Below are positions 9,151 to 18,179 of a stretch of 64,000 nt of DNA, piece by piece. Location of the stretch: contig CALRSR020000006.1 of assembly GCA_943370825.1 (NCBI GenBank), positions 21,080 to 85,079 of the forward strand. Reading direction: 5' to 3'. Source of the DNA: Bosea thiooxidans (GTDB lineage Bacteria > Pseudomonadota > Gammaproteobacteria > Burkholderiales > Burkholderiaceae_C). Numbering within the stretch: position 1 is the first letter of the stretch; each line of letters begins with the position of its first letter. The position numbers were made by a program, and so were the translations under genes. Below the pieces are notes generated by a model. It saw only the letters and a program-made list of their open reading frames with translations. It was not told where the DNA came from and did not search any database.

Positions 9151-10740
9151 ATGCCCAAGTCCGTATCCCATGGCGCAGCCCCGACGGGTGCGCACCTCAC
9201 GCCGGCCGACTACCTCAAGAAGATCCTGACCGCCCGCGTGTACGACGTGGCGGTCGAATCGGACCTGCAGCCGGCCACCGCGCTGAGCCGCCGGCTGCAC
9301 AACACGGTGCTGCTCAAGCGGGAGGACCAGCAGCCGGTGTTCAGCTTCAAGCTGCGCGGGGCCTACAACAAGATCGCCCACCTCACGAAGGAACAGCTGG
9401 CCAAGGGCGTGATCTGCGCCTCGGCCGGCAACCATGCCCAGGGCGTGGCCCTGAGTGCCCGCAAGCTGGGCATCCGGGCGGTGATCGTCATGCCCACCAC
9501 CACGCCGCAGGTGAAGATCGATGCGGTCAAGGGCTTCGGTGGCGAGGTGGTGCTGCACGGCGACAGTTACTCCGACGCCTACACCCATGCCCTGACGCTG
9601 CAGAAGAAGCAGGGCCTGACCTTCGTCCACCCGTTCGACGACCCGGACGTGATTGCCGGTCAGGGCACGATCGCCATGGAAATGCTGCGTCAGCTGCAGA
9701 GCCTGGGCACCGACCAGCTGGATGCCGTGTTCGTGGCCATCGGCGGGGGCGGCCTGATTTCCGGGGTGGCCAACTACATCAAGGCGATCCGGCCGGACAT
9801 CCGGGTCATCGGGGTCCAGATGACCGACTCCGACGCCATGATGCGTTCGGTCGGCGAAGGCGAGCGGGTGAACCTGCCGGATGTCGGCCTGTTCTCCGAC
9901 GGCACCGCGGTCAAGCTGGTGGGCGAAGAAACCTTCCGCATCTCGCGCGAGCTGGTGGACGAGTTCATGGCGGTCGACACCGACGCGGTGTGTGCGGCCA
10001 TCAAGGACGTCTTCATCGACACCCGCAGCATCGTGGAGCCGGCTGGCGCCATGGCGGTGGCGGCCATCAAGGACTATGTGGCCCGCCACAAGACCAGAGG
10101 CCAGACCTATGCCGCCATCCTGTGCGGCGCCAACATGAACTTCGACCGGCTGCGCTTCGTGGCCGAGCGGGCCGAGGTGGGCGAGGAGCGCGAGGCACTG
10201 TTCGCGGTGACCATTCCCGAGGAGCGGGGCAGCTTCCGCCGCTTCTGCGAGACCATCGGCGGCCTGCCGGGCGGGCCCCGCAACGTGACCGAGTTCAATT
10301 ACCGCATCCACGATGGCAGCAAGGCGCATGTGTTCGTGGGCCTGACCACCCACGGCAAGGGCGAATCGACCAAGATCGCCGCCAACCTGCGCCGCCAGGG
10401 CTTCGAGACGCTGGACCTGACCCACGACGACCTGGCCAAGGAACACATCCGGCACATGGTGGGCGGGCATTCGCCGCTGGCAAACGACGAGCGCCTGCTG
10501 CGCTTCGTGTTCCCGGAGCGGCCGGGCGCGCTGCTGAAGTTCCTGAGCCTGATGCGGCCGACCTGGAACATCAGCTTGTTCCACTACCGCAACCAGGGCG
10601 CCGACTACGGCCGCATCCTGGTCGGCATGCAGGTGCCGGCCAAGGACCACAAGGCGTTCGACCGGTTCCTCGACGCGCTGGGCTACCCGTACGTGGAAGA
10701 GACACAGAACCCGGTCTACCGCCTGTTCCTGCAGACCTGA
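9151..10740 (+). CDS. ilvA: Threonine dehydratase, biosynthetic
   Basis: LKREDQQPVFSFKLRGAYNK (PLP Lys), CASAGNHAQGVA, two C-terminal ACT-like domains (FPERPGALLKFL). Confidence 0.98.
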   Translation: MPKSVSHGAAPTGAHLTPADYLKKILTARVYDVAVESDLQPATALSRRLHNTVLLKREDQQPVFSFKLRGAYNKIAHLTKEQLAKGVICASAGNHAQGVALSARKLGIRAVIVMPTTTPQVKIDAVKGFGGEVVLHGDSYSDAYTHALTLQKKQGLTFVHPFDDPDVIAGQGTIAMEMLRQLQSLGTDQLDAVFVAIGGGGLISGVANYIKAIRPDIRVIGVQMTDSDAMMRSVGEGERVNLPDVGLFSDGTAVKLVGEETFRISRELVDEFMAVDTDAVCAAIKDVFIDTRSIVEPAGAMAVAAIKDYVARHKTRGQTYAAILCGANMNFDRLRFVAERAEVGEEREALFAVTIPEERGSFRRFCETIGGLPGGPRNVTEFNYRIHDGSKAHVFVGLTTHGKGESTKIAANLRRQGFETLDLTHDDLAKEHIRHMVGGHSPLANDERLLRFVFPERPGALLKFLSLMRPTWNISLFHYRNQGADYGRILVGMQVPAKDHKAFDRFLDALGYPYVEETQNPVYRLFLQT

Positions 10741-10763
10741 TTCACACCCGCCACGCTGCCGCC

Positions 10764-11855
10764 ATGGCTTCCGGTGCTCTTCCCCCGCTGCGCAGCCGAG
10801 TGGCACCGCTGCCGCCCGATCTGGTGCTGCCACCCGTAGTTCACACCCGGGACAGCGCGATCGACGCGGCGGTCAGCGAGCAGCTGCTGCTGACCGGACA
10901 ACCGGCCCATGCCTTCGGGCGCCTCGGTGATCTGAGCCGGCAGATGGCGCGCATCCGGGCCGGCACCGCGTGGTCGGCCGAACCGCCCCAGCTGCTGGTG
11001 TTTGCGGCCGATCACGGGCTGGCCGACGAAGGCCTGTCGGACGAGCCCCAGACCACCACCGGCCAGCGGGTGGTGGATCTGCTGGCGGGCCGCACACCGG
11101 TGAACCGGCTGGCCCGTCAACACGGCGTGGCGCTGACCGTGGTCGACGCCGGCCTCGGCCATGCCCTTCCGCCGCTGCCGCCGCCGGACGCCACGCAGGC
11201 CACGCTGCAGTTGCGCAAGATCGCCTATGGCACCCGCAATGCACGGCTGGGGCCGGCGATGTCGGTGCCGCAGGCGGTGGCAGCGCTGCATGCCGGCATG
11301 GACCTGGTGCGCCAGCTGCCGGGCGATGTCCTGATGCTGGGCGACACCGCCGTGGCCAACGAAGGCAGCGCGGCGCTGCTGCTCTCCCGCCTGTGCGGTG
11401 TTCCGCTCTCCGACGCGTTCGCCCCCGGCATGCTGCAGATGATGGAGACCGAACCGGCGCTGTGGCAGAAGCGGCTGGACGTGCTGCTGGCCGTCGGCAC
11501 CCGGCACCGCCACGCGGTGGGGCCGGTGGCGGCACTGGCCGCGCTGGGGGGCTACGAGATCGCCATGATGGCCGGGGCCATGCTGCAGGCGGCCAACCAG
11601 CGCCGGCTGGTGCTGCTGGACAGCGTGGCCGCCGGGGCTGCAGCGCTGATCGCAAGGGGTCTGGTGCCGGCGGTGGGCGACTACCTGGTGTTTGCCCAGC
11701 GCAGCGCCGAGACCGGACACCGGCTGATGCTGATCCATCTGCAGGCCCAGCCGCTGCTCGATCTGGACATGCGGGTCGAACAGGGCCTGGGCTGCCTGCT
11801 GGCCTGGCCGACCGTGCTGGCCGCCCGCAGGCTGCTGGAGTCCGGAGTTCAGTGA
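10764..11855 (+). CDS. CobT-like nicotinate-nucleotide:dimethylbenzimidazole phosphoribosyltransferase (degenerate active site)
   Basis: VFAADHGL, VVDAG, GGYEIAMMAGAMLQAA, QPLLDLDMR. Confidence 0.8.
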   Translation: MASGALPPLRSRVAPLPPDLVLPPVVHTRDSAIDAAVSEQLLLTGQPAHAFGRLGDLSRQMARIRAGTAWSAEPPQLLVFAADHGLADEGLSDEPQTTTGQRVVDLLAGRTPVNRLARQHGVALTVVDAGLGHALPPLPPPDATQATLQLRKIAYGTRNARLGPAMSVPQAVAALHAGMDLVRQLPGDVLMLGDTAVANEGSAALLLSRLCGVPLSDAFAPGMLQMMETEPALWQKRLDVLLAVGTRHRHAVGPVAALAALGGYEIAMMAGAMLQAANQRRLVLLDSVAAGAAALIARGLVPAVGDYLVFAQRSAETGHRLMLIHLQAQPLLDLDMRVEQGLGCLLAWPTVLAARRLLESGVQ

Positions 11856-12514
11856 AGGCGTGAGATCAGCCAGCGGCGCTGGGCAGCCAGGCGCTGCACA
11901 TCGCGCCAGCTGCTGCACTGCCGCGAGAGCACCGGCCAGATCCGCAGCAGCAGTTCGCACTCGGCCAGGGTGTCGGCTGCGGCCTGATGACGGCGCGGAC
12001 ACTGGATGCTGAAATGCGCCATCCATTCGTCCAGCGACCGGGCCTGCACCTGTTCGTGCGTGACCGCGCACAGGTGCTCGATGTCGACCCAGGGGTTGGG
12101 CAGGGCCCGACCCAGGTGCTGGCGGCAGTGGCGGCCGATCAGGGTCTGATCAAACGCGCTGTGGAAAGCCAGCAGCGGGTCGCTGCCCACGAAGTCGGCG
12201 AAAGCCCGCAGGGCTGCCACCGGCTCGATGCCGGCCAGCTGCGACTGCACGCCGATGCCGTGCAGCAGGATGTTGTCGCGGCTGGAGGCCTGCTCCTGGC
12301 GCAGCACCACCTCGAAACTGTCGGCCAGTTGCACATCGATGCGGCGCGCGGCCCAGTCCACCCGGACGCCGATGGCCGCCATGGCAAGCAGCCGGTCCCG
12401 GTGCATGTCCAGGCCGCTGGTCTCGACATCGACCACCACCCAGCGGGCATGGCGCGCCTCGGGCACCGGCCGGGCCGGCCCCACCGCTTCGCGCAGCCGA
12501 CGCAGCCAGCTCAT
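11849..12514 (-). CDS. DEDDh 3'-5' exonuclease (DnaQ-like)
   Basis: VVDVETSGL, AFHSAFD, RRHQAAADTL; start overlaps the upstream stop (ATGA). Confidence 0.88.
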   Translation of the reverse strand: MSWLRRLREAVGPARPVPEARHARWVVVDVETSGLDMHRDRLLAMAAIGVRVDWAARRIDVQLADSFEVVLRQEQASSRDNILLHGIGVQSQLAGIEPVAALRAFADFVGSDPLLAFHSAFDQTLIGRHCRQHLGRALPNPWVDIEHLCAVTHEQVQARSLDEWMAHFSIQCPRRHQAAADTLAECELLLRIWPVLSRQCSSWRDVQRLAAQRRWLISRLH

Positions 12515-14433
12515 CGTTCGTAGTCCAGCCGCACGCGCTGCTGCAGGGTGCGCAGCACACGCAGGGTTTCCTTGAGGATGCGGCGGTCGATGTCGTTGAG
12601 GCTGCCGACATCGATGCAGTTGGGGTTGTCGCCCACCGTGGTGCCGTCGAGCTGGGCATGCAGGCGCAGCAGCTGCAGGAACTCGAAGCCGCCGATCCAG
12701 GCCTCGGACTCGCCCTCGGGTACGCCCAGCATCGGTCCCACGGCCTGCAGCCGGTCGCGGGTGCCGGTGGCCGCAACGCCGTGGGCCAGCGCGTAGAGCC
12801 GGGCCACATCGACGAACAACGCGGTGCCTTGCAGCTTGAGGTCGATGGTTTCCTTGCCGCCGATCTCGGTGCTGTCGATGCTGCCCAGCCAGTTCAGGGG
12901 CGCGGCGCGCTGCAGTGAGTTGACCGCCATCTGCCGCAGGAAACGGGGGTTGATGCGGGCCAGCCGCTGCACGCCTTCGCGCAGGGTACGGGCCAGCGCG
13001 TCGTTGCCGGCCAGCGGGCGAAAGTCGAAATAGATGCTGGCATTGAGCAGGTCCTGCGGTGCGCCCTGCTCGATCCAGCCGGCAAAGCGTTCCTGCCACT
13101 GCGCCAGCGTGAGGCAGCAGGCCGGGTTGCTGGCCATGATCTGGCCCTTGCACAGCGGGTAGCCGCAGGCGTCCAGCGCCTGGTTGATGTCGAGCGCCAT
13201 GGCCAGCGCGGCGGCCGCCGGCAGGTGCGGGGCCAGGATGAGGGCGTTGTCCTGGTCGGTGGCGATCGTCTGCTCATGCCGCCCTTCGGAGCCCAGCGCG
13301 ATCCAGCAGAAGTCCTGCTGGTCGATGCCGTGGCGCGCCGCCATGATGTCCACCAGCCGCGCCGTCAGCACATCGTTGAGGTGGCTGATGAGCGCGGTGA
13401 GCTGCTGGGCGTGCACGCCCTGGCCCAGCAGCGTGCGGGCAAACCGACGGATGTCGTGCGCCACCACGCGCAGCGTTTCGACATCGGGCGCGTTGCGGAT
13501 GCTGCTGCTCACCTGCTTGAGGCTCAGGCGCTGCAGGGCGAACAGATCGCGCTCGGAGACCATGCCGATCACCCGGCCCTCCTGGGTGACCGGCACGTGG
13601 CGGATGCCCTGCGCCGACATCAGCAGCGCGGCGTCCTGGGCGGTCTGGTCATGGCGCAGCGAATGCACCGGGCTCACCATCACCTGCGCGATCGGTGCAT
13701 CCAGCGGCACCTCGGCCAGCGTCACCCGGCCGAGCACGTCGGAGCGGGTCAGGATGCCGAGCAGTCGCTGCTGCGCGTCGACCACCAGCATGGAGCCGAT
13801 GCGCTGGGCCTGCATGATGGACAGCACCTCGCGCAGCGGCGTCTCGGGCAGGCAGGTCACCGGGGGTTTCTGCCCGGTCTGGCCCAGTCGGGACAGCGGG
13901 GTCTCCAGCGACTGCTCGGCCAGCGCCTGGGACGAATAGGCCACCTGCAGGGCGGCCCGGGAGAGTTCCAGAAACTTCAGGATGCGGCGGTTCAGGAAAT
14001 CACCGAACAGCGCGCTGCGTTCGGCCAGTGCCTGCATGGCCTCGACCGGTACGGCCAGCACGAAGGTGTCTTCCGTGGCGCTATAGCTGGTGGTCGGCGC
14101 CCGTTGTGCCAGCACCGCGCTGATGGGAAACAGGTCGCCGGCCTCGTACTGGAACGCTCCGCCGGACACATCCGACAGGCCCCGCTTGCCGGTCACGGCA
14201 CCGCGGCGGATGAAGAACAGCTCCCGCACCGGCCCGTCGTCGGGCGAGACCACGGTTTCGCCGGGCGCGAAGTAGGCCTGGCGGGATGCGGCCACGAACT
14301 CGCGCACATGGGCCACATCCATCTCGTTGAACGGCGCGTGCCGCTGCAGCTCGTCGCCCAGGTTGACCAGCAGGCTGCCGGACGGCCGCAGGTGTTCGGC
14401 AGCGGGGTCGATGGCGTCGGTCCGCCCGGTCAT
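12511..14433 (-). CDS. cNMP-binding + 2xCBS + DUF294 putative nucleotidyltransferase
   Basis: N-terminal cNMP-like domain, CBS pair (GILTRSDV, GMVSERDL), GSEGRHEQTIATDQDNAL, ASIYFDFR. Confidence 0.9.
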   Translation of the reverse strand: MTGRTDAIDPAAEHLRPSGSLLVNLGDELQRHAPFNEMDVAHVREFVAASRQAYFAPGETVVSPDDGPVRELFFIRRGAVTGKRGLSDVSGGAFQYEAGDLFPISAVLAQRAPTTSYSATEDTFVLAVPVEAMQALAERSALFGDFLNRRILKFLELSRAALQVAYSSQALAEQSLETPLSRLGQTGQKPPVTCLPETPLREVLSIMQAQRIGSMLVVDAQQRLLGILTRSDVLGRVTLAEVPLDAPIAQVMVSPVHSLRHDQTAQDAALLMSAQGIRHVPVTQEGRVIGMVSERDLFALQRLSLKQVSSSIRNAPDVETLRVVAHDIRRFARTLLGQGVHAQQLTALISHLNDVLTARLVDIMAARHGIDQQDFCWIALGSEGRHEQTIATDQDNALILAPHLPAAAALAMALDINQALDACGYPLCKGQIMASNPACCLTLAQWQERFAGWIEQGAPQDLLNASIYFDFRPLAGNDALARTLREGVQRLARINPRFLRQMAVNSLQRAAPLNWLGSIDSTEIGGKETIDLKLQGTALFVDVARLYALAHGVAATGTRDRLQAVGPMLGVPEGESEAWIGGFEFLQLLRLHAQLDGTTVGDNPNCIDVGSLNDIDRRILKETLRVLRTLQQRVRLDYER

Positions 14434-14446
14434 GTCGGGTGGGGCG

Positions 14447-14908
14447 TCAGGGCGCCGGGTCGGGCAGGCGCAGCTCCACGGTGGGCGCGCTGCGGGTGGA
14501 AGGTGCCAGCCGGGCGGTACGGCCCTGGACCGAGTGCAGCACCAGACCCTCGTCCACCGCCATGCCGATGCGGAACGGCCGCGCCGGCCGGCCGGCCACG
14601 GCAATCAGCGCGGCCACGCCATCACCCCGGTCGCCCACCACGCCTTGCAGCACATGGCGGGCATCGCCGGCGGCCAGCGGGGCGGCGTCGTCGGGCACAG
14701 CCTCGCTCGACCCCAGCGCACCCAGCGCGCGGGCCACCGCGGCGCCATCGGGGGCCGCCGGGGCGGTGGCCGGTGGCGGCACCGGCACTTCCGGCGAGCG
14801 CCCGAGCAGTTGCAGACCCCAATAGCCGGCAGCCAGCCCGGCCAACAGCCAGAGAACGACCCCGGTGGTGGCCGGGGCCCAGCGCTGCAGTCGGCTTGTC
14901 ATGTTCAT
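14447..14908 (-). CDS. gspC: Type II secretion protein C-like
   Basis: TM anchor LWLLAGLAAGYW, LQGVV...ALIAVAGRPARPFRIG; divergent from gspG. Confidence 0.7.
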   Translation of the reverse strand: MNMTSRLQRWAPATTGVVLWLLAGLAAGYWGLQLLGRSPEVPVPPPATAPAAPDGAAVARALGALGSSEAVPDDAAPLAAGDARHVLQGVVGDRGDGVAALIAVAGRPARPFRIGMAVDEGLVLHSVQGRTARLAPSTRSAPTVELRLPDPAP

Positions 14909-14974
14909 GCGACATTATGATCACCGAGCCGTGACAGAACGATCACGGCATGGACCCTCAGAACGGAGACCGCC

Positions 14975-15433
14975 GTGCCCTCCCCCTCCCGTCCGACCCC
15001 CCTGCGGACCCGCCTGCCGCGCGCCCTGGCGCGGGGTTTCACCCTGATCGAGCTGATGGTGGTCCTGGTCATCATCGGCGTGCTGGCCGCCCTGATCGTG
15101 CCCAACGTGCTCGACCGCGCCGACGATGCCCGGGTCACCGCCGCCCGCACCGATGTGAACAACCTGGTGCAGGCGCTCAAGCTGTACCGGCTGGACAACC
15201 AGCGCTACCCCACCACCGAACAGGGCCTGGCCGCGCTGGTCAACCGGCCGAGCGCCGCGCCGGCACCGACCAACTGGCGGCGTTACCTGGACAAACTGCC
15301 GGCCGACCCCTGGGGCCGGCCCTACCAGTACATCAACCCGGGCGTGCACGGCGATGTGGACGTGCTCTCGCTGGGTGCCGACGGCGCCCCCGGCGGCGAT
15401 GGCCTGAACGCCGACGTCGGCAGCTGGCAGTGA
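14975..15433 (+). CDS. gspG: T2SS major pseudopilin
   Basis: GFTLIELMVVLVIIGVLAALIVP, YRLDNQRYPTTEQGL, DPWGRPYQY. Confidence 0.96.
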   Translation: MPSPSRPTPLRTRLPRALARGFTLIELMVVLVIIGVLAALIVPNVLDRADDARVTAARTDVNNLVQALKLYRLDNQRYPTTEQGLAALVNRPSAAPAPTNWRRYLDKLPADPWGRPYQYINPGVHGDVDVLSLGADGAPGGDGLNADVGSWQ

Positions 15434-15456
15434 GGCGGCCCGCCCGCTGAGCCCGC

Positions 15457-15912
15457 ATGCGCGCCCACCGCGGTTTCACGCTGCTGGAGCTGATGGTGGT
15501 GGTGGCGCTGATCGCCCTGGCCACCACCAGCGTGGTGGTCAGCCTGCGCGACAGCAACGAGACCCGGCTGGAAACCGAAGCCCTTCGGCTGGGCGCCCTG
15601 CTCGACGCGGCCCGGGCCCAGTCGCGCACCAGCGGCGTGCCGGTGCTGTGGCGGGTCGGCGCCGACGGCTTCGGGTTCGGGCCGGCAGGTGCGGCCACCC
15701 CGACCGCCTCGACACCGGTACCCCAGCCGACGCCGTGGCTGCACGAGGGCACCACGGTGCAGATCGTGCAGCCCGCCGAAGCCCGCTGGCTGGTGCTGGG
15801 CCCCGAACCCCTGACCGTGCCGCAGCGCATCGAACTGCGCCTGGGCGAGGCCCGGCTGACCCTGGCCAGCGACGGCCTGGGGCCGTTCAGCGTGCTCCGG
15901 GGCACACCATGA
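15457..15912 (+). CDS. gspH: T2SS minor pseudopilin H
   Basis: GFTLLELMVV prepilin motif; position in operon. Confidence 0.85.
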   Translation: MRAHRGFTLLELMVVVALIALATTSVVVSLRDSNETRLETEALRLGALLDAARAQSRTSGVPVLWRVGADGFGFGPAGAATPTASTPVPQPTPWLHEGTTVQIVQPAEARWLVLGPEPLTVPQRIELRLGEARLTLASDGLGPFSVLRGTP

Positions 15913-16298
15913 AGGCGGGCATGAAAAGCCCGCGCGGCTTCACCCTGATCGAGGTGATGGTGGCCCTGGCGGTGGTGGCCGTGACCCTGCTCGCCGGGCT
16001 GCAGGCCAGCGCCGCCCTCACCCGGGCCAGCGAGCGCCAGGAAGAACAGTGGCTGGCCGAGATCTGCGCCGCCAACGAGCTGGCCCGGCTGCGGCTGGTG
16101 CGCCAGCTGCCCGGCACCGGCAGCACCACCGTGGGCTGCGAGCAGGGGCGGCGGCAGCTGCAGGTGCGGCTGACGGTGCAGACCACCCCCAACCCCAATT
16201 TCCGGCGCATCGACGCCGCCGTGCTCCGGCCCTCGGCCGATGGCGAGACCGACGCCGGCACCCTGCTGCAGGTGTCCACCGTGATGGGGCGCTTCTGA
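15909..16298 (+). CDS. gspI: T2SS minor pseudopilin I
   Basis: GFTLIEVMVAL, TTPNPNFRRI; start 15909 or 15921. Confidence 0.88.
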   Translation: MKAGMKSPRGFTLIEVMVALAVVAVTLLAGLQASAALTRASERQEEQWLAEICAANELARLRLVRQLPGTGSTTVGCEQGRRQLQVRLTVQTTPNPNFRRIDAAVLRPSADGETDAGTLLQVSTVMGRF

Positions 16299-17104
16299 TG
16301 CGCCCGCGCGGCTTCACGCTGGTGGAGATGCTGGTTGCCATCGCGGTGATGGCGGTGGTGGCGCTGCTCGGCTGGCGGGCCATCGACGGCATGCAGCGCG
16401 GGCGCGACATCAACCGCGACCACGCCGCCGGCCTGCAGCGGCTGCAGGCCGCCACCGGGCAATGGACGGCCGACCTGGATGCCCTGATCGACACCGGCGA
16501 GATCCGGCCGATCGAATTTGACGGCCGGGTGCTGCGGCTGACCCGCAACGACGCGCTGCAGTCCCGGCTCGACAGCGAAGGCCTGCGGGTGGTGGCCTGG
16601 GCCCGACGCGACAGTGCCGGCGGTTCGCGCTGGATGCGCTGGCAGTCGGAACCGGTGCGCAGCCGCGAAGCCCTGGCCCGCGCCTGGCAGGCGGGTGGCG
16701 ACTGGGGGCGCGGCGGGCAGGCCACCGAGGGCGTGGTCGATGTGCTGCCGCTGACCGACTGGCAGATCTATTTCCACCGCGGGGGCAGCTGGACCAACCC
16801 GCAGTCGTCGATCGGCAACGAAACCCCGGCCAGCGCGCCGTCGGCCTCCACGGCGGCCAGTGCCGAACTGCCGGCCGGGCTGCCGCCCGACCTGGCCAAG
16901 GCAGCCCAGGCGGCGGCTGAAGCCGTGGTGAACGACGCCGCCCCGCTGGTGTCGGACGAAGCCCCACCCGCCGCCAGCAGCCGCACCACCGCGTCGGTCG
17001 TGCCGGACGGGGTGCGCCTGGTGCTCGACCTCGGTCCCGGGCTGCCCCAGGGCGGACGCCTGCGCATCGACTGGGTTCGCCCGACGCTGGAGGCCGCGCG
17101 ATGA
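16298..17104 (+). CDS. gspJ: T2SS minor pseudopilin J
   Basis: GFTLVEMLVAIAVM; TGATG coupling to gspI. Confidence 0.88.
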   Translation: MRPRGFTLVEMLVAIAVMAVVALLGWRAIDGMQRGRDINRDHAAGLQRLQAATGQWTADLDALIDTGEIRPIEFDGRVLRLTRNDALQSRLDSEGLRVVAWARRDSAGGSRWMRWQSEPVRSREALARAWQAGGDWGRGGQATEGVVDVLPLTDWQIYFHRGGSWTNPQSSIGNETPASAPSASTAASAELPAGLPPDLAKAAQAAAEAVVNDAAPLVSDEAPPAASSRTTASVVPDGVRLVLDLGPGLPQGGRLRIDWVRPTLEAAR

Positions 17105-18087
17105 GGCCACACCGGCACCAGCGCGGCGCCGCCCTGCTGCTGGCCATGCTGATGGTCACGCTGGTGGCGGTGCTCGCCAGTGCCTCGCTCTGGCAGCAGT
17201 GGCGGGCCATCGAGATCGAACGGGCACAGCGGGTGCGGCTGCAGGCCGGCTGGCTGCTCACCGGCGCGCTGGACTGGACACGCCTGATCCTGCGCGAGGA
17301 CGGCCGTGCCAACCAGATCGCTGGCCAGCCCGACCACCTGGGCGAACCCTGGGCGCTGCCGCTGCAGGAAGCCCGGCTGTCCCGTTTTCTGGCGCTGGAC
17401 GCCAACGAGCGCGGCGACGAGCTGCTGGAGGCCTTTTTCTCCGGCGAGGTCATCGACCTGCAGTCGCGCCTGAACTTCGGCAACCTGGTGCGCCAGAGCG
17501 GCAGCGGCAACGAACTGAAAGCGGAAATCTCCCCGGTGGACCTGGAAGCCTTCCGGCGCCTGTATGCGCGGCTGGGTCTGCCGGTGGGCGAGCTGGAAGC
17601 CGCCGCCCAGGCCTGGCGGCAGACGCTGCAGCAGGCCCTGACCGACCCGCGCCCCTCCGCCACCGCCCTGATACCGCAGCGCTTCGCCCAGTTGCGCTGG
17701 CTGGGCATCTCCAGCGCCAGCCTGGCGGTGCTGGAGCCGCATGCCACCCTGCTGCCCGGCCGCACCCCGCTGAACCTGAACACCGCATCGGCCGAGGCAC
17801 TGGAAGCGGCCATCCCCGACATCGACGCCACCCAGGCCCGGGCGCTGGTGCTGGCCCGCACACGCCAGCCGCTGGTCACCCTGGCCGAGGCGCGCCGCGC
17901 GCTGTTCGGCGACCGGGTGGTGGAGGGCAATCCGCTGTCGGAGATCTACCACGACGTGCGCAGCCGCCATTTCGAGATCCGGGGCCGGCTGCGGCTGGAC
18001 GACATCACCATCGAGGAGCGCTCGGTGGTGCAGCGCAGCAACCAGGGGGTGAAGGTGCTGTGGCGGGAGCGGTTTTCGCGCAGTTGA
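17101..18087 (+). CDS. gspK: T2SS minor pseudopilin K
   Basis: QRGAALLLAML, DHLGEPWA, DLQSRLN, LNLNTASAE. Confidence 0.92.
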   Translation: MRPHRHQRGAALLLAMLMVTLVAVLASASLWQQWRAIEIERAQRVRLQAGWLLTGALDWTRLILREDGRANQIAGQPDHLGEPWALPLQEARLSRFLALDANERGDELLEAFFSGEVIDLQSRLNFGNLVRQSGSGNELKAEISPVDLEAFRRLYARLGLPVGELEAAAQAWRQTLQQALTDPRPSATALIPQRFAQLRWLGISSASLAVLEPHATLLPGRTPLNLNTASAEALEAAIPDIDATQARALVLARTRQPLVTLAEARRALFGDRVVEGNPLSEIYHDVRSRHFEIRGRLRLDDITIEERSVVQRSNQGVKVLWRERFSRS

Positions 18088-18179
18088 CAACGCTGCGGCC
18101 GAATCGCTGCAGGGCCGGACGCCATTTGTCACACGGCTTCCCTAGAATGGTCATAAACCCCGTGGAGTAATGCTTCGGG

